A stretch of DNA of 64,000 bases from Lepidodermella squamata (Eukaryota > Animalia > Gastrotricha): positions 3,348,001 to 3,412,000 of the forward strand of contig JBLDXI010000017.1 in assembly GCA_047495785.1 (NCBI GenBank), read 5' to 3'. The notes under the pieces were generated by a model. That model saw only the letters and a program-made list of their open reading frames with translations. It was not told the origin of the DNA and did not search any database. A program made the position numbers and the translations under genes. This document shows positions 16,693 to 30,126 of the stretch, piece by piece (position 1 is the first letter of the stretch; each line of letters begins with the position of its first letter).

Positions 16693-17860
16693 ATGAACGT
16701 TCCCTATTGTCAGCCTCATCAAAGCTTCCTACAAGAGAAAAGCCACAGTAATAGTATGACGACACAACTCGAACCAGTTCCGACATTGCCTGCTAGTGAA
16801 AACCCTGTTACTTGCGAGCTCCGCGTTTGTGAGATTAGACCGTCCAAGCAGCCCCAGACAGTTGCCGCAGCAGCCCCGGTGGCCGTCTCCCATAGAATGC
16901 AAGAATCCCATTTCAATAACGTCGCGGGTATGAGCCAAACCCCGGCGCAGTTCATGTCGTGCACTCCTATTCAGCGATCGTCTACAAGTTACGTTTGCGA
17001 ACCTCGCTCGTATTCTCGCGCCAATGCGGAAACGCAAGTTACTTACCCCGAGTTAACGAGTCTGAATAATGGCGCTGCCGGATACACTCAGCAATGGTAC
17101 TTGAGTAGAAAAATTATTACTATTATTAATCTGAAACTCTGCGATCTCTGATCGATAGAAATAACTCAAATAAAATGCCATATTTTGTTCATAGGACAGT
17201 CGAACTCAACCGCCCTAAAGCTGTGCCGCCCAGCCTCATTCGGTCAGACGAACCGCCAACCTATGCCTCGAGAAAGAATCTGGACATGAGCATGTCACTG
17301 GGTAATTTTATTGACTATCCATCTTATTTTCCTATTTGCTATATTTTTAGCCGGATTGCCTCGTTGGATTTCGAATGCGCAATGGCAGGATTATGCTGAA
17401 CCTCATCAAGCGGTTTGATTTGATAAACCTTTGCATTTTTTCAGTTATGTTGAATGATTATTATCAGAGGTGGCAGCCGCAGACCTTCTCAGCGCCAGTT
17501 TATCAGAAAAGCGACGGTTATGGCAGTGGAGATCCCAGAATTCGTTACGGAAGGAGCGGGGGTTCTTGGCGCCACATTCGATCCTGCTTTGAAAGTAAAG
17601 ATTTCTCCGTTCCAACTTTGATAGAATATGTACATTGTTTAAACCTGAAAGGCGGTGGCTCTTTCATCACTTGGGTTGATGGCGCCGTAAAAACGACTGA
17701 TGTTAATCGATGCCCACCTTTCGGGGATTGCACTACAATTCCGATGCCACGATTCGGCCGAACATCGCGAACAGCAAAGCCTATCACTAGTTCGGTAGCT
17801 TTGAAAAACGCCAGTTCTTGGGTTGGACCTTTCGAAGTTGGACGAGGGCCGAGTATGTAA
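16693..17860 (+). CDS. Hypothetical protein, no recognised family (3 exons)
   Basis: Exons 16693-17096, 17195-17301 and 17445-17860 join in frame through GT-AG introns. AATAAA at ~18046. Confidence 0.6.
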
Positions 17861-18250
17861 ATTGAAACCAGCGAAATTCATCTGTGATACCTAACTCTGA
17901 GCTGAACATTTTCTTAGCTATATCATCATACACTTGTCATTTCCCATGTAGGCATTTTTTTAAATCAAAAAGATTTGTTACACACGTAACCAGTGTTTCA
18001 CATGATGAGGCGTGAGCCCTCTGTTATTAGCCAAATTGGTCTCGAATAAAAAAAACAGCTTTCAGGAAATGCGCTTATTTTGCGTTTATTTTTATATATC
18101 AATGCCACAAATTATTTGAAATGTAAGATTTTATAAAACGGTGATAACTTCACAATAACGAGAATGGGGCGCACAACAAATAGCACATTATGCTTATCAC
18201 CCCACAATTGATAGGCAATGATTCCAGCAATGAGCAAGGCGATTCAACAA

Positions 18251-19146
18251 TTAACGTCGAAATTGAGGGTCCCCAGGTGGGCCTGGTGGAGGACAGAGAG
18301 CCGCAGTCGGTAAACACAATGGTACACGGCCTGTCTCAGAGCAACGCTGGCAAATCCAAGTAGCACTAGGTACCTCCACTCGCATGTGACGCATCAGTTG
18401 TTCCCAGGCATCATCCTATTCAAAATATCGTACATAGAAAAACAGCGCTCTGTAATTTAGCTCCCGTGTCTTACGGTTAACTGCGTGCATCGCCTGTGGA
18501 AGAGCTGCTTACATCCGATTTGACATTGCATACATGGTTCGCTCTCATGGATTTCAACCTATCGAACAACAAAGTTGAAATCTTCATGTTTCAGTTTCAA
18601 AACTTCATGCAGCGAGATAATGTGATATGAGCATCAATTTTCGAAATTGACTTTTTGACTATGAGACGGGATCATGTCTTTGTATATCATTGCTTTAACT
18701 AAAAATGATTGGTAAATTTTGCACCCTCATGTTTCAACCCGATTTCATCTCATGTAACGATGAAGTGCTGATTTTTAAAGACGCTTTGGAGAAAAAACCG
18801 GTTCTAAATGTGTTACCTTTGCTGAAACCCTAAGCAGGCCCTTGGGAACATTGAGTTTTGACCAATTTAATAAAAAAACGCCGTGACAACTTGATAACCT
18901 ATATCATTTCTCCCGGTTATAGACAAGACATAGTAATTTGACCCAAATATTACTTTTGGCTTCTATAACATGATCTCGCTGCCATGCCCTAATGCTAAAA
19001 TTCAATCCTGAAAAAACTGAAAGGGGTGGCAATCCGTACCTCGCAAGCGCCGCAATTGAATCGACGCATCATCATTTGTTGCTGTTGCTGTTGCATCTGC
19101 TGCATTTGAATTTGCTGTTGCATATGTTGCTGTTGTTGTTGCTGTT

Positions 19147-19180
<34 letters not shown>

Positions 19181-19532
19181 TGCCTGCTGCTGTTGCATGG
19201 CTTGCTGCTGTTGGAGCATTTGCTGCTGCTGCATTGCCTGTTGTAACTCAGGCCCGGGATAGGACATCGCAGGATTTTCGTTGAACTGAGATTCTGACAG
19301 ACCTTGAGCACCGACGTCATTTTGCATGGGGATTTCCGAATTACCCATGCCCATGGATCCAAACTGGTCAGGGAAGCGCCCCGGCATAACCTGAAAGTGA
19401 TTTTATTATTAAATCAATGAACAATACTTAGTTTATACTAATATTAACCTGTCCGGGGTAGCTATGTGTGCTGGGAGGGCGCTGTCCCGCAGGCCCTTCG
19501 AAGCGAGGATTTCCAAATGCCGGATTATTCAT
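18251..19532 (-). CDS. pygo: Pygopus-like PHD-finger protein with polyQ tract
   Basis: Exons 19532-19449, 19390-19040, 18558-18475 and 18415-18251 join to FNCGACEVEIHESEPCMQCQIGCKQLFHRRCTQLTDDAWEQL...SATWICQRC...VPL. This matches the Pygopus PHD pattern (YPCGIC..EV.....ILCEASCQKWFHRICTGMTE.AY.LL...SAVWGCDTC). Confidence 0.8.
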
Positions 19533-21434
19533 AATAAAAAGGACTAAATTAGATGTTGGACTGGTTGATAAAGAATTGACGAAGCTGTAAACGTTAAACG
19601 ACAACGGGCAGACCTTGCGTAGTTTATTGCTCTAGTCTTTAGAGATTAGGGTTTGAAGTCCACTGTCATTAATATCGCGTGCTAATAGAGTCGAGAAAGC
19701 TTTTGCAAAATTATGATAACCCGACAATCACGGTTAAAATCTGGATCGAAACAGGCATGGTTAATAATGCCAATAACAATTTAATTTATTGCTGTATCTA
19801 TATGACATTAAATTGATTCTACATGTGCTACAGGGTTCATCAAGTCCTATATCAAGTCCTTGTTCTCTATACAGCGTAGGAGGCTAAGAGCTAAGTTACT
19901 GACAAGCGCCCAAAATGAAGCATACGTTAAGACAGTCCCCGTCAACATCTTGCATGATCGCTGAGCGGCTATGGTGATTGGTGTCGTGAGGCCATAGGCT
20001 ATTTAGATGGAAGTCAACAACTAGCAACTCTTCGAGCAAGAGAAAACAACAAAACAGTACATTTCATAGTTAATGAATGGAGAAGGCAAGGAAAAGACAA
20101 CACAGCATGGTACATCAATCAGGCTCACATGCTTGTTCCGCTCTCATGATTAAGGTGGTTAACTTGCCCCGTCAGAAATCAGCCGCTCAAGAGTGGTTGA
20201 GCCTGTAGCAGAGGCTCGAGGCTCGTAGTACAGGCTAGCGACCAAACAGATAGAGAGAGATGTATATTACTGGTTCAATTATGTCTGAGCAAAACGTTAC
20301 TGAGCCTCATTTGCTATGATGCGACTAACTCATTGCTCATTGGTTAAGGGTATGATGCCTAAAATTAAAATGCAGGTTCCATGAATTGAGCATGAGCAGG
20401 CGGGAAGCAGTACCAATGTCTCTCACTAGCCTACAAGTTCAACTCCCAGCGGTAAGCTCGGTTGGCACTTGATTGGGTCAATCAATGAAAACTGACAATT
20501 TCGAGGGTGGTTTTCGGTTATGGACAGTGTACTTGGGACCAGAAGCATGATTTGGCAGCTGGAAGCCAGCCAGAGCCGGCCGGTCACAAGCCGGCGGGAG
20601 AAAATAAATTTGAACAAATTAGCATGCAGATAGAAAAGTCAAATTATTAGTTGACAATACTATCCAATAACCTTGCGATTAACGATGGTCACTCTACGGC
20701 ATTATTCTCAAAATGACATTGACCCCTGAAACCCCGCCCGCCAGTCAGTTTTTGTAGGAAGTTTTTAAACGACTTTGGACATCATCATCTGCGATAGCCA
20801 ATTGCCGACGCAGACTATTGTCACGGGTCACGGGAATCCGCGGGAAGCTTACCTCGTTACCTCAGCGGCAAAGCTGTTATTCAAGAGTGAATTGCGATCA
20901 TTTTCATGTTTCGAATTCATTTTGAACTGTCAAAATAGCTATAGGCTTAAGAATTAGAATGCCGGCGACATGTTCTTTCCGACAAAATATTCTCTTGAAA
21001 GGTAGGGAGCGTGGTGCGATAATTTTCATTTATGTTCATTTGCAAGTGTTTAGTTCGTTTTGATTATGCTATGCGCAAAGGGTAAATTTGCTGAAACCTA
21101 GGAAGTTGAAAGTTACGAGGTTTCTTCCGGGGCGCTGCCGAACTCAACTGGTTGGCCATGATAAGTCAAGTTATGATGTATAGAAGATGCATAGAATCAT
21201 ATTGACGAGCTTTAATAAGCCATGGTAACTGGTAACGTCAATTGTTTATTCCTTCTCAATTTATGAAATTTTGATTCTCAATTTGATGTGCAATTCTATT
21301 CCCCGTAAATAATCCCCGAGACGGTTGCGTTTTAGTTTTTCTTTTATGAACCTCTCTTGTTTCTTTGCGAGAATGCGGATTAATTCCATTTGAATCCAGT
21401 CTAGGTTTTATCGTATACCAAAAATCCAATAACC

Positions 21435-24400
21435 ATGCCTGCTGAACCAGTAAAAGGTGAAGTTAAGCCGCCTACGAATGAAAATGCTAAGAACGAAAAA
21501 GGAAAGCCAGTTGCACCTGTTGCCGTAAGTTATTCAAACCTTCAATTCCCTTGTTTATATGGCGTCAATTTATTAAGGATGATATCGACAAAGAGCTCAT
21601 CGATGAGTTGAACGGGTTTGTCGATCGCCTTGAGACAGTTAGTTATTACTTTGTTCAATATAAAATTTTATGATTTCCTTTTCCCGTCTTCCAGTCAACC
21701 GATGCTACTGTCGTACGCCAAACTCTGGATTCTCTATGTTCTCTGATTCGGTCTTCTACGACCTCCATGACTGCTGTACCGAAGCCTTTGAAATATTTGC
21801 GACCCCAGTTCGGACGCCTAAAAGCGGCTTGTGAGAAAGCTGCTGCAGATACCTCAAAGAAAATAGACCCGAAAACTAAAGCATTATTTGCCGATGTTGT
21901 GTCAGTATTAGCCATGGCCGTACCGGATGGCGGGCAGGATTGCTTGAAATTCTGGGAGATGGGTTCTCGCGAAGAAATTGGTGCCTGGGGCCATGAGTAC
22001 GTGCGCCATTTAGCAGCCGAGGTCGTTGCTCAGTGGCATTTAGCAGAAGCCGCTGATAAAGAAGGAAAATCGGGCCGCAGCTCGTTTCTGCTGGACCTTG
22101 TGCGCCTTATTGTTCCGTATCACATGCATCATAATGCTGAACACGAAGCTTGCGACTTGCTCATGGAAATCGAGCAGTTGCCGCTTTTGTCTGAGTATGT
22201 GGACTCATCGAACTGCTCTCGTGTCTGTCTCTACCTCACGAGCTGCGTACCATATGTTCCGAGTCCCGAGAACTCAACTCTTCATCGGACAGCTATGAAT
22301 CTATACATGCAATGCAATCGCCCGGCCGATGCATTGAGATGTGGTCTTGCTCTTGGAGGGGATGTTGATACCGTCCGTACCATTTTCAATTGCCCGATGG
22401 CTCGAAATGATCGCGCTCTGCGACGCCAGCTAGCCTTCATGCTTGCAAGACACCAGTTGTTCTTGATCGACGGAGCTTCTGCTATTACGTCTGAGGAAGA
22501 CGATTCTGACCAAGAGCTGGCAGAAATTCTCAGCAATTCGCATTTGAATGCTCACTTCTTGTCTCTTGCTCGCGAGTTGGACATCCTGGAGCCAAAGATT
22601 CCTGAAGATATTTACAAGTCTCACTTGATCGAAGGAACATCGCGTGGCATTCCTGCTGCTGCACCTGATTCAGCCAGGCAAAATTTGGCATCGTCTTTTG
22701 TCAATGCCTTTGTCAATGCCGGTTTCGGGCGCGATCGTTTGTTGCTGGGTGTTCCCGGTGGAACCGGCGCTCAGTCTGAGACAGCCGATGGCATGCGTTG
22801 GCTTGCTAAGCAAAAAGAACAGGGAGCCTTCAGCACGGCTGCTTCTCTGGGTCTGCTCCTGCTTTGGGATGTCGCAGGAGGTCTGACTGCTATTGACAAG
22901 TATTTGTATTCAAATGAGGAGGCCATCAAGGGTGGCGCACTCCTAGCCTGTGGTGTTGTCAATGCCGGTGTTCGCAACGACTGTGATCCAGCCCTTGCGT
23001 TGTTGGGCGACTACACTTCGCACAATTCGCTTACTCAGCGCGTCGGATCGCTGTTGGGTTTGGGTTTGGCGTATGCCTGCAGTGGACGCGCTGATGTCTT
23101 AGCAGCGATCCTGCCGACTATTCGCGATTCCCGCGCTCCTCTTGAAGCCGTTGCTGTCGCCGGTCTCGCGGCTGGCCTGGTCGGTTGTGGCAAGATGGAC
23201 GGTTCTGCCAACGAGGCACTGGTCGAAGCTCTAATGGAGAGACCGGAGGCTCAGCTGCGCGAACCACTTGCTCGCCTGTTGGCGCTCGGCCTTGGCTTGC
23301 TGTACCTGTCTTGCCAAGACGCGTGCAATGCTGTTCTTGACACGATCGCTGCTGCTGTTCAGGAGCCTAACATTCGCGCTTATGCCACCACCCTAGTCAC
23401 GCTTTGTGCTTACGTTGGTACCGGTAACGTCCTGCGTGTTCAGCAAGTGAGTCGAACCATCCGATATGTGGTCCTCTGATTTGATGCTTATAATTTTGTT
23501 ACAGATGATGCACGAAGCTGCCGAGTCTCAGCAGCAAAGCCACGACCAGCAGGCTGCCAGCAAAGAGGGCGAAAAGTCGGAGAAGGGCAGTGGCAGCGGT
23601 TCACGCTCGAGTTCTGACAAAAACAGCAAGGTAATGATTTGCCTATTTATTTATTATAATTTCAGGTCTCACCGGGTAATAATTTATATTTTTTTAAATA
23701 GCAACAACAGCAGCAACAGCAATGCGGTCGCCAGGGTGTTGCCGTTATTGGTGTAGCTGCCATCGCCATGGGCGAAGACGTCGGAACCGACATGGCCATG
23801 CGCACCATCGGTCACCTGTTGCGTTACGGAGATGCCTCGATGCGCCGAGCGGCTCCGCTTGCCCTCGCACTGCTCTCGCCTTCGAACCCGCGTCTCAACA
23901 TCCTTGACACGCTATCGAAGCTGAGCCACGATGCCGATTCTGACGTGGCTTCCTGTGCCCTTCTTGCGCTTGGTATCGTTGGAGCTGGAACGAACAACGC
24001 TCGTCTTGCTGCGACTCTTCGTCAACTCGCCGCATTGCACGCCAAAGATCCAAACGCCCTGTTTACTGTTCGCCTTGCTCAGGGCCTCGTTCATTTGGGC
24101 AAAGGTATAGATTCCTTCCAATTGAGAAATAGTTAAAATCATGAAATATCCTTTCAGTTTTTGTTAAAATTGAATGATCTTAAATTCAATTTTTCTTCAA
24201 TTATTTCGTCACAGGTACGATGACTCTGAACCCATTCCACTCAGACCGCATGCTCGCTGTTCCGGCTGCCGTTGCCGGATTACTGTGTGTTCTCATTCCG
24301 GCGCTTGACATTCGCCACACAATCCTCGGCCGCCTGCACTATCTGATGTTCGCGCTCTCGCTTTCGATCCAGCCTCGTCTCCTGGTCACGCTCGACGAGT

Positions 24401-24684
24401 CGTTGCGTCCGTTGCAGGCCACCGTTCGCGTCGGCCAGGCTGTCGACGTCGTTGGCCAAGCTGGGCGGCCGAAAACTATCACTGGTTTCCAGACGCATAC
24501 TACGCCTGTTCTGTTGGCCTATGGTGAGCGAGCAGAACTAGCTGCTCAGCCTCCGGCCCCAGCGGCTACCGAAGCCGCGTCGTCGGCGAAGAAGGCAGAA
24601 CCAGAGCCCGATGAGGAGTTCGTCTCGCTTGCACCAGTTCTGGAAGGATTCGTCATCCTACGGAAAGAAAAGGCCTCTTCTTAA
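21435..24684 (+). CDS. PSMD2: 26S proteasome regulatory subunit Rpn1
   Basis: [96 protein letters not shown]. Exon 1 is 21435-21524. AATAAA at ~24963. Confidence 0.97.
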
Positions 24685-25076
24685 ACGCTCTAATTTGATA
24701 ACAAAATTCTGAGAATAACTTTTCTGCTATTTGCACCGCTGACTGCTTTAGGGCGACCATTTATTCTGTTCTTTTCGAGTTCGTCGGAAGGCGAACGAAA
24801 TTCGCTTAGTTAATATTATCAATAATTTTTAATCTAGCGGTCGCTGAGTGGTTGATGTTCTCTGGCGTTCAAAACGCTGTTGTGATCACGTTTATAAAAC
24901 GCTAAATCCGAAAGCTTGTCATTCATTCTGTGACCCAGCTGCAATTAGATGTGGTATTGACGAATAAACACCGAATATGGCTAACTTTTGTTATTTTTCA
25001 TGGGTAAAAACTCAACATTTCGATTGTTGTTCAATTTTTATTCCAACAAGTTTAAATATTTTGCACAATATTGAGG

Positions 25077-26895
25077 TCAATGGAAGTAGACTTTTTGCTT
25101 TTTTTGTTTCTTTCCAACTTTCTTTTTGATTTTACCAGCCTTTAGTGCGAGGGGATGGTTGCCCTCGCGATGGAATTCCGGTCGATGAAGCAGTCCAGCG
25201 AAACGAGGATCTTCGGTACCCTCAACCTCGATATCTTGCTTTTCTTCCTCCTTCGTTCCAAACATGAACTTAAAAGTCTGCGCATCCGCATTCGCGTCGT
25301 CAGATTTGCTTTCAGAAGGCTTCTTTTTCGCCTTTTTGCCCTTGGCTAGTTTCTTCACAGCTTTAGCCGGCTTTTTGTCACCATCTTCGGATTCTTCACC
25401 AGAGTCACTAATCGCGCGGGTGACGGCCTTCGAACCACCCGAGAGACCCGGATCCCATGTCACTTCCATGTGGGCGCCCTCTTCTTTCGGAGCATCATCC
25501 TCCACCGATTCAAGCAATAACGCCCTGTATTTGTTAAATTTATCATCGCCTTCCTCCGATTCGTTTTCACTGGCCGAGGAGGCGATTCCAGTTGTTTCAT
25601 CTTCGGCTTCGGAATCTGACGGGGGAGCAAGTAAATCCTGTTCGCCAAGATCTATATCCTCCTTTTCATCGTCACTTGCAACTTCCAGAAGATTTTGAAG
25701 CGCTCTCTTCCTCTCTGGAGTTTGCGCCTCTTCCCACGTCAGTTTGGGAGCAGTTTGACCTAAGGCTGTGACAAAACTTGGTGGTGGAACGTAATTTAGG
25801 CCAGTATCAACAGCTTGTTGGTAGTCGGCGGACGAAACAACTTTACAATCATCAAATGAGGTATCTTCAGGGACAAAGCTCAAATCCAAACGAGTGCAGC
25901 TGTCTTCGAATTCCATGCCATCGAGTTGTTGATATAGATGCAAAGCTGAAATGAGAAATGTAAGAAATCGTCATTACAGATGGCCACCACTTCCCTACCT
26001 GTTTCTGAAGAATTGCACTCTACAATAGCATAGCAGTATTTGAGTCTACTGCGCTGGTGCTTGACAAGTCCATCGCGCATGGCTTCCTCGTCGTCTTCGC
26101 CTGCTACTTTAGCTGCTTTCCGCAGTTCGATGGGACCTTTGGTTTCATCAATCACTTGCCGTTTTTCGCCGTAGGAAGATAGATAAACAGTAACACGTTC
26201 AACGCCACTTTGTGGAATATCTTCTGAATCTGTTGGTAGAAACGATTTAATCAGCATCAATAAATCGATCGCACGAATACGATCCCAGTCTTGATTGCAA
26301 ACAGCCAATCGATTTGTGGGTTGCTCGACGCCTTCTTTATCACTTATTTTTCCTGAAAGTAAAACTAATTAGAAGAAGGCAGCAGATCATTGGCGACATA
26401 CTTTTCTTCTTCTTCGTTGATTCCTCGGACCTTGCTGCGATTTTCTTTGATTTAGGTCGTTTTACTCTGACTTTTCTCTTAACAGACTTTGTTTCCTCGT
26501 CGTTACTTAAAGTGCCATCGCTATTCATTTCAGCTTTCTCGTTCGAGTTGGCTTCAGTTTCATCCACAGTTTTTTCATCAGTAACTTCGTAGAATTTTTC
26601 CAGGTCACTCTTGTATTTTCCAGCTGATTTTCCTTTGTCAGTCCAACGAATCTTGAGCATGATTGATATAAAAAATCATAATAATTTGTGTAATTATATT
26701 TCTTACAAGTTCCTTTGGCCGACCCCTTCGATCAACTGGAGCAGACCGCGCGCAAAATTTTTCGTCAGTAAACATTTGCTTGAAGCGACTATCGATCTTC
26801 AGCCGCTTTTCTGATTTTGGTACTGACCAAAATTTTGGATCAGTGAAAACCTTGTCATAACGCTCGTCGGTCTGTTTATCAGCTTTCTTTGCCAT
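25077..26895 (-). CDS. ESF1: ESF1 nucleolar pre-rRNA processing protein
   Basis: N-terminal DPKF...KIDSRFKQMFTDEKF...VDRRGR, RLAVCNQDWDRIRAIDLLML, RLKYCYAIVEC, LDLSFVP, C-terminal NUC153-like DPRF motif. Four exons. Confidence 0.9.
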
Positions 26896-28903
26896 GGCTT
26901 ATGCAATAAAACAGATGACTAAATGAATCGATATGAACCACTATAGTGTCCTTGAATCTTTCTAAGTAAGATAAAAGAGACCGCTCAAGGAGAATAGATA
27001 ATAGACATGTACGCCTACGCCCAATATTCTATTCAACTAAGGAAAGGTTTTCTATTTTCCTAGTTTCTAAAAATCTAGAAGGTCAGAGAGGTGCTTGAAA
27101 AGATGAGATGTAAGTAAATGGCTCAGCCTTGCTATGCTAAAGAGAATTGCGAGAATTGATATGCTAAAGTGACCCCACCGTGAAAGTCACCCCAGTTGAC
27201 GGTACTTCGCCTGAGCTTCGAAACACGAATAATCGAAAATTCAGCCCGACCTCCGCATCAAAACAATGAAATATCGCACATGGCCAAAATATCGGGGTTG
27301 GTCCTACTGCGTCCTTTAATTAAATTATAATGCATTGAAAGTGCCTATTTCGCATATACAGTGCGACCAGTTAGAAGCAGCGATGAGGCGAATTCACGCC
27401 ACATAACGAAAGTCGCGCCGCCTATCGGTATTCAACTGCCAACTTTCTAACCGGTCAACTCTGGCCAAGTTCATCAGTAAGAATCGAACAGGCGAACTAA
27501 AAGCCGCGTGCGCGCAACAAGTAAAGTCTAAAAAGCGCGCTTAAAGTTTTGACCATTAAAAATAATTATGATAAAAGAATTGAATAATTAGTGTATTTAA
27601 TACTTGATACTTCAGACAACATATATTCCATATATTGATAGGGTTTTATCAGGGCTACAGATTTCTAGTGAATGACGGAGCCGAGAGTGACACAACGAAG
27701 AGCGAGCCGGTTTTGGGTTGTGCGACGGCTCGCAAGGACAAGGATCAAGGAAGATTCAGGCTTCGTGCTCACTGGTACATGGTATACATGGTCCGGGCGC
27801 CCGTCGCGTTTTCAGTGGCGTCTTTGCTAGTGTCGTCTGGCGTCTATAATTTTTGACACAACTCATGCTCGCCCTCCTTGCATCTTGCATGTGGCCGAAC
27901 TCGTGCGTGGGCCCTTGTCATTCTTACACCTTACACCTACCGCCCGGCGCCATGATATGAGACCCGTCGGGTGATTTAGGCTTTATCTTCACCCTTAGTC
28001 ATTTTAAATGGGTTGTTGCGCAATAGTGATTCAGCGTAAGTTGTAAGCTGCTGTCTTTTGTCTTTTCAAATGACTGAAGATAAAGATCGGGCCGCTTGTT
28101 TACATTGATGATAGGTAAAATCTGTCTAATTCGGACTAGCTTCGTGCCATTCAGAGCGGTCCGGATTAGATAATTTTCTCTTCGCACTTCTTAAACGCTA
28201 ATTCTACAACTGTAATTTCCTCGAAAGAAAGTAGCATACCTAAAAGGAATAATCCCGAAAATGGATTTAAAGGAAGAGGTAGTGCGCACTACATGCAATA
28301 ATTCGGCAAAAAGTCAGCATTAAACATCAAGTTACTTGCTACGCTGTTTGCTTGCAGCAACGATTCCCCGCTTTTACCCATATCCCATATGCGGGTAAAA
28401 TTTTGTATTGCCAGCGGCTAGCGATTGCAAAGACATTGGCTGACGATTAACCAATTGGAAGTTTCATCTCAATAATTTCATTTTCTAACTCGAGCTTTAG
28501 GAATTTCTAATTATCTCTTCTTAAGTTGCTATGTTGTATCAGGTTTGCCTCACAGCAGGTGCCTCAATCGTTAGTCGCAGAACAGTCGCGCGCGTCTTCA
28601 ACTCACCTATTATGCCTGTGTCAATTTCGTACTACCTTTTGTATTTTGAGTAAATTTCGAGCCTTGAATCGAACTTTTCATTCTAGTAAGAGCGCCCATT
28701 TGTAGTCGCATCAAAAAGTGCTCAATATAATATTTTTTCAAAGTGGGCGGGAAGAGGGAGTCGTGGCGTGATTTAAGCCAATGCCTAGTGTGGAGCATCC
28801 ATCGTAAATTATCGTGAAAATAATGAACTTTATAACATTTTGGAATCTCAGCCATTCACACTCGTTTGCATACGTATCACGTTGTTATTCCCATTAGATT
28901 TAA

Positions 28904-30126
28904 ATGTTGCCTAGCTATTGCTGGATATTTGTGCTTTCATCATGGTGGTTGAGCCCGCAAGTTGATGCTCAGAGTCAAGCTGGCACTACTATTGAGCCTA
29001 TCGTCCGAATCATGGACCCCAATTCAAAAAATATCACGGCGCTTGTGAACAACAACATTCGCCTGAGTTGCTCAGTCGAATACAAACCAGCGCTATCGTC
29101 AGTTCGCTGGTTTTGGGGCGAGACGATGGTTAGCCAAGATGAATGGTCGATCGATCCATATATGTATCGTTTATACAAACCTGAAATTAACAGTGAGTAA
29201 CGTTTTGGCCCAATTTTACCTCATTTCATTGCTCACAATTATTAGTTTGGCAAATGGAGTTGCTTCGAGTTGGTCTGTATCACGGTGGTCGATACATCTG
29301 TCAAGTACGACTGGACAATGAACGTTTCTACTCTGATTTCATCGACATCACAGTGGTTGATCCGCCTCATATTTCCAGCTCAGACTCTAGCTCAGACATG
29401 GTTGTAACTGAGAACACTCCAGTAAAACTGGTGTGCAATGCTACGGGACAGCCTAGACCTACAGTGAAATGGACTCGCGAAGATAAGCAACCTTTGCCTA
29501 CTGGAGGCACAGCCTACATTGGCGCAGCGCTCTCTTTCACAGCAAAGCCTGAACATCGCGGTGTTTACTTGTGCACAGCTTTCAACACGTATGGTTTCAA
29601 AGCTATCCGCTCGGTCGATCTACAAGTAAAGTACAAGCCGCTGATCAGTTTTCAGTCGGAGAAAAACATAGCTGTAACTCAGGCTCCCGGCTATATGCAA
29701 GAAATGTTTTGTTATGTCAGAGCGTTTCCCCCTGTCGTAGAAGGATCTGTATCTTGGTCAAAAGACGGCAGAACTATTGAAAATTCGGCAGGTTATCACG
29801 TCCAATTTGCGAGAAATGGCGATGATAAAGGTAATACTTTTGCTCGTATTGATAGAAGATTTTAAACTGATTATTTCGTTATGTTTATAGTTACATTGAG
29901 GCTGAGAATACAGGAGGTTCGTCAGAAAGATTTCGGTCAGTATAGGTGTCAAGCTAGTAACCAGGAAGCTACTCAGTGGCAAGTCGGTGAAGTTGAGTTG
30001 AAAGAATCAAGCGAACCTCAAAAACTGCTGACCTACGATGCCGTAATGCGAGCTGGTGCCACTAGCTATCGAAATTCTTTCCTGACTTCTCTCATCGCAT
30101 TGGTTTTGTTGAAAGCATTGCTCTGA
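28904..30126 (+). CDS. Cell-surface three-Ig-domain protein, Lachesin/Amalgam/IgLON-like, probably GPI-anchored
   Basis: Signal peptide, three Ig domains (LSCSV..W..GRYICQV; LVCNATGQPRPTVKWTRED..GVYLCTAFN; FCYV..DFGQYRCQASN), hydrophobic C-terminus with no cytoplasmic tail. Exons 28904-29192, 29246-29830, 29891-30126. Confidence 0.8.

Noticed and set aside
18992-19246. Poly-Leu ORFs (also 57399-57659 and 12214-12528) as membrane proteins
   Set aside because: They are antisense readings of polyQ codons or readings of microsatellites.
27168-27463. MITE-like ends (CCCCAGTTGACGGTA; CAGTGCGACCAGTTAGAA with TTCTAACCGGTCAACTCTG)
   Set aside because: Probably old Tc1/pogo-type fragments, but partner ends or TA TSDs are missing.
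27680-27735. GCGAGCCG...CGGCTCGC hairpin as a Helitron end or ncRNA
   Set aside because: No CTRR terminus at the expected distance and no other supporting structure.
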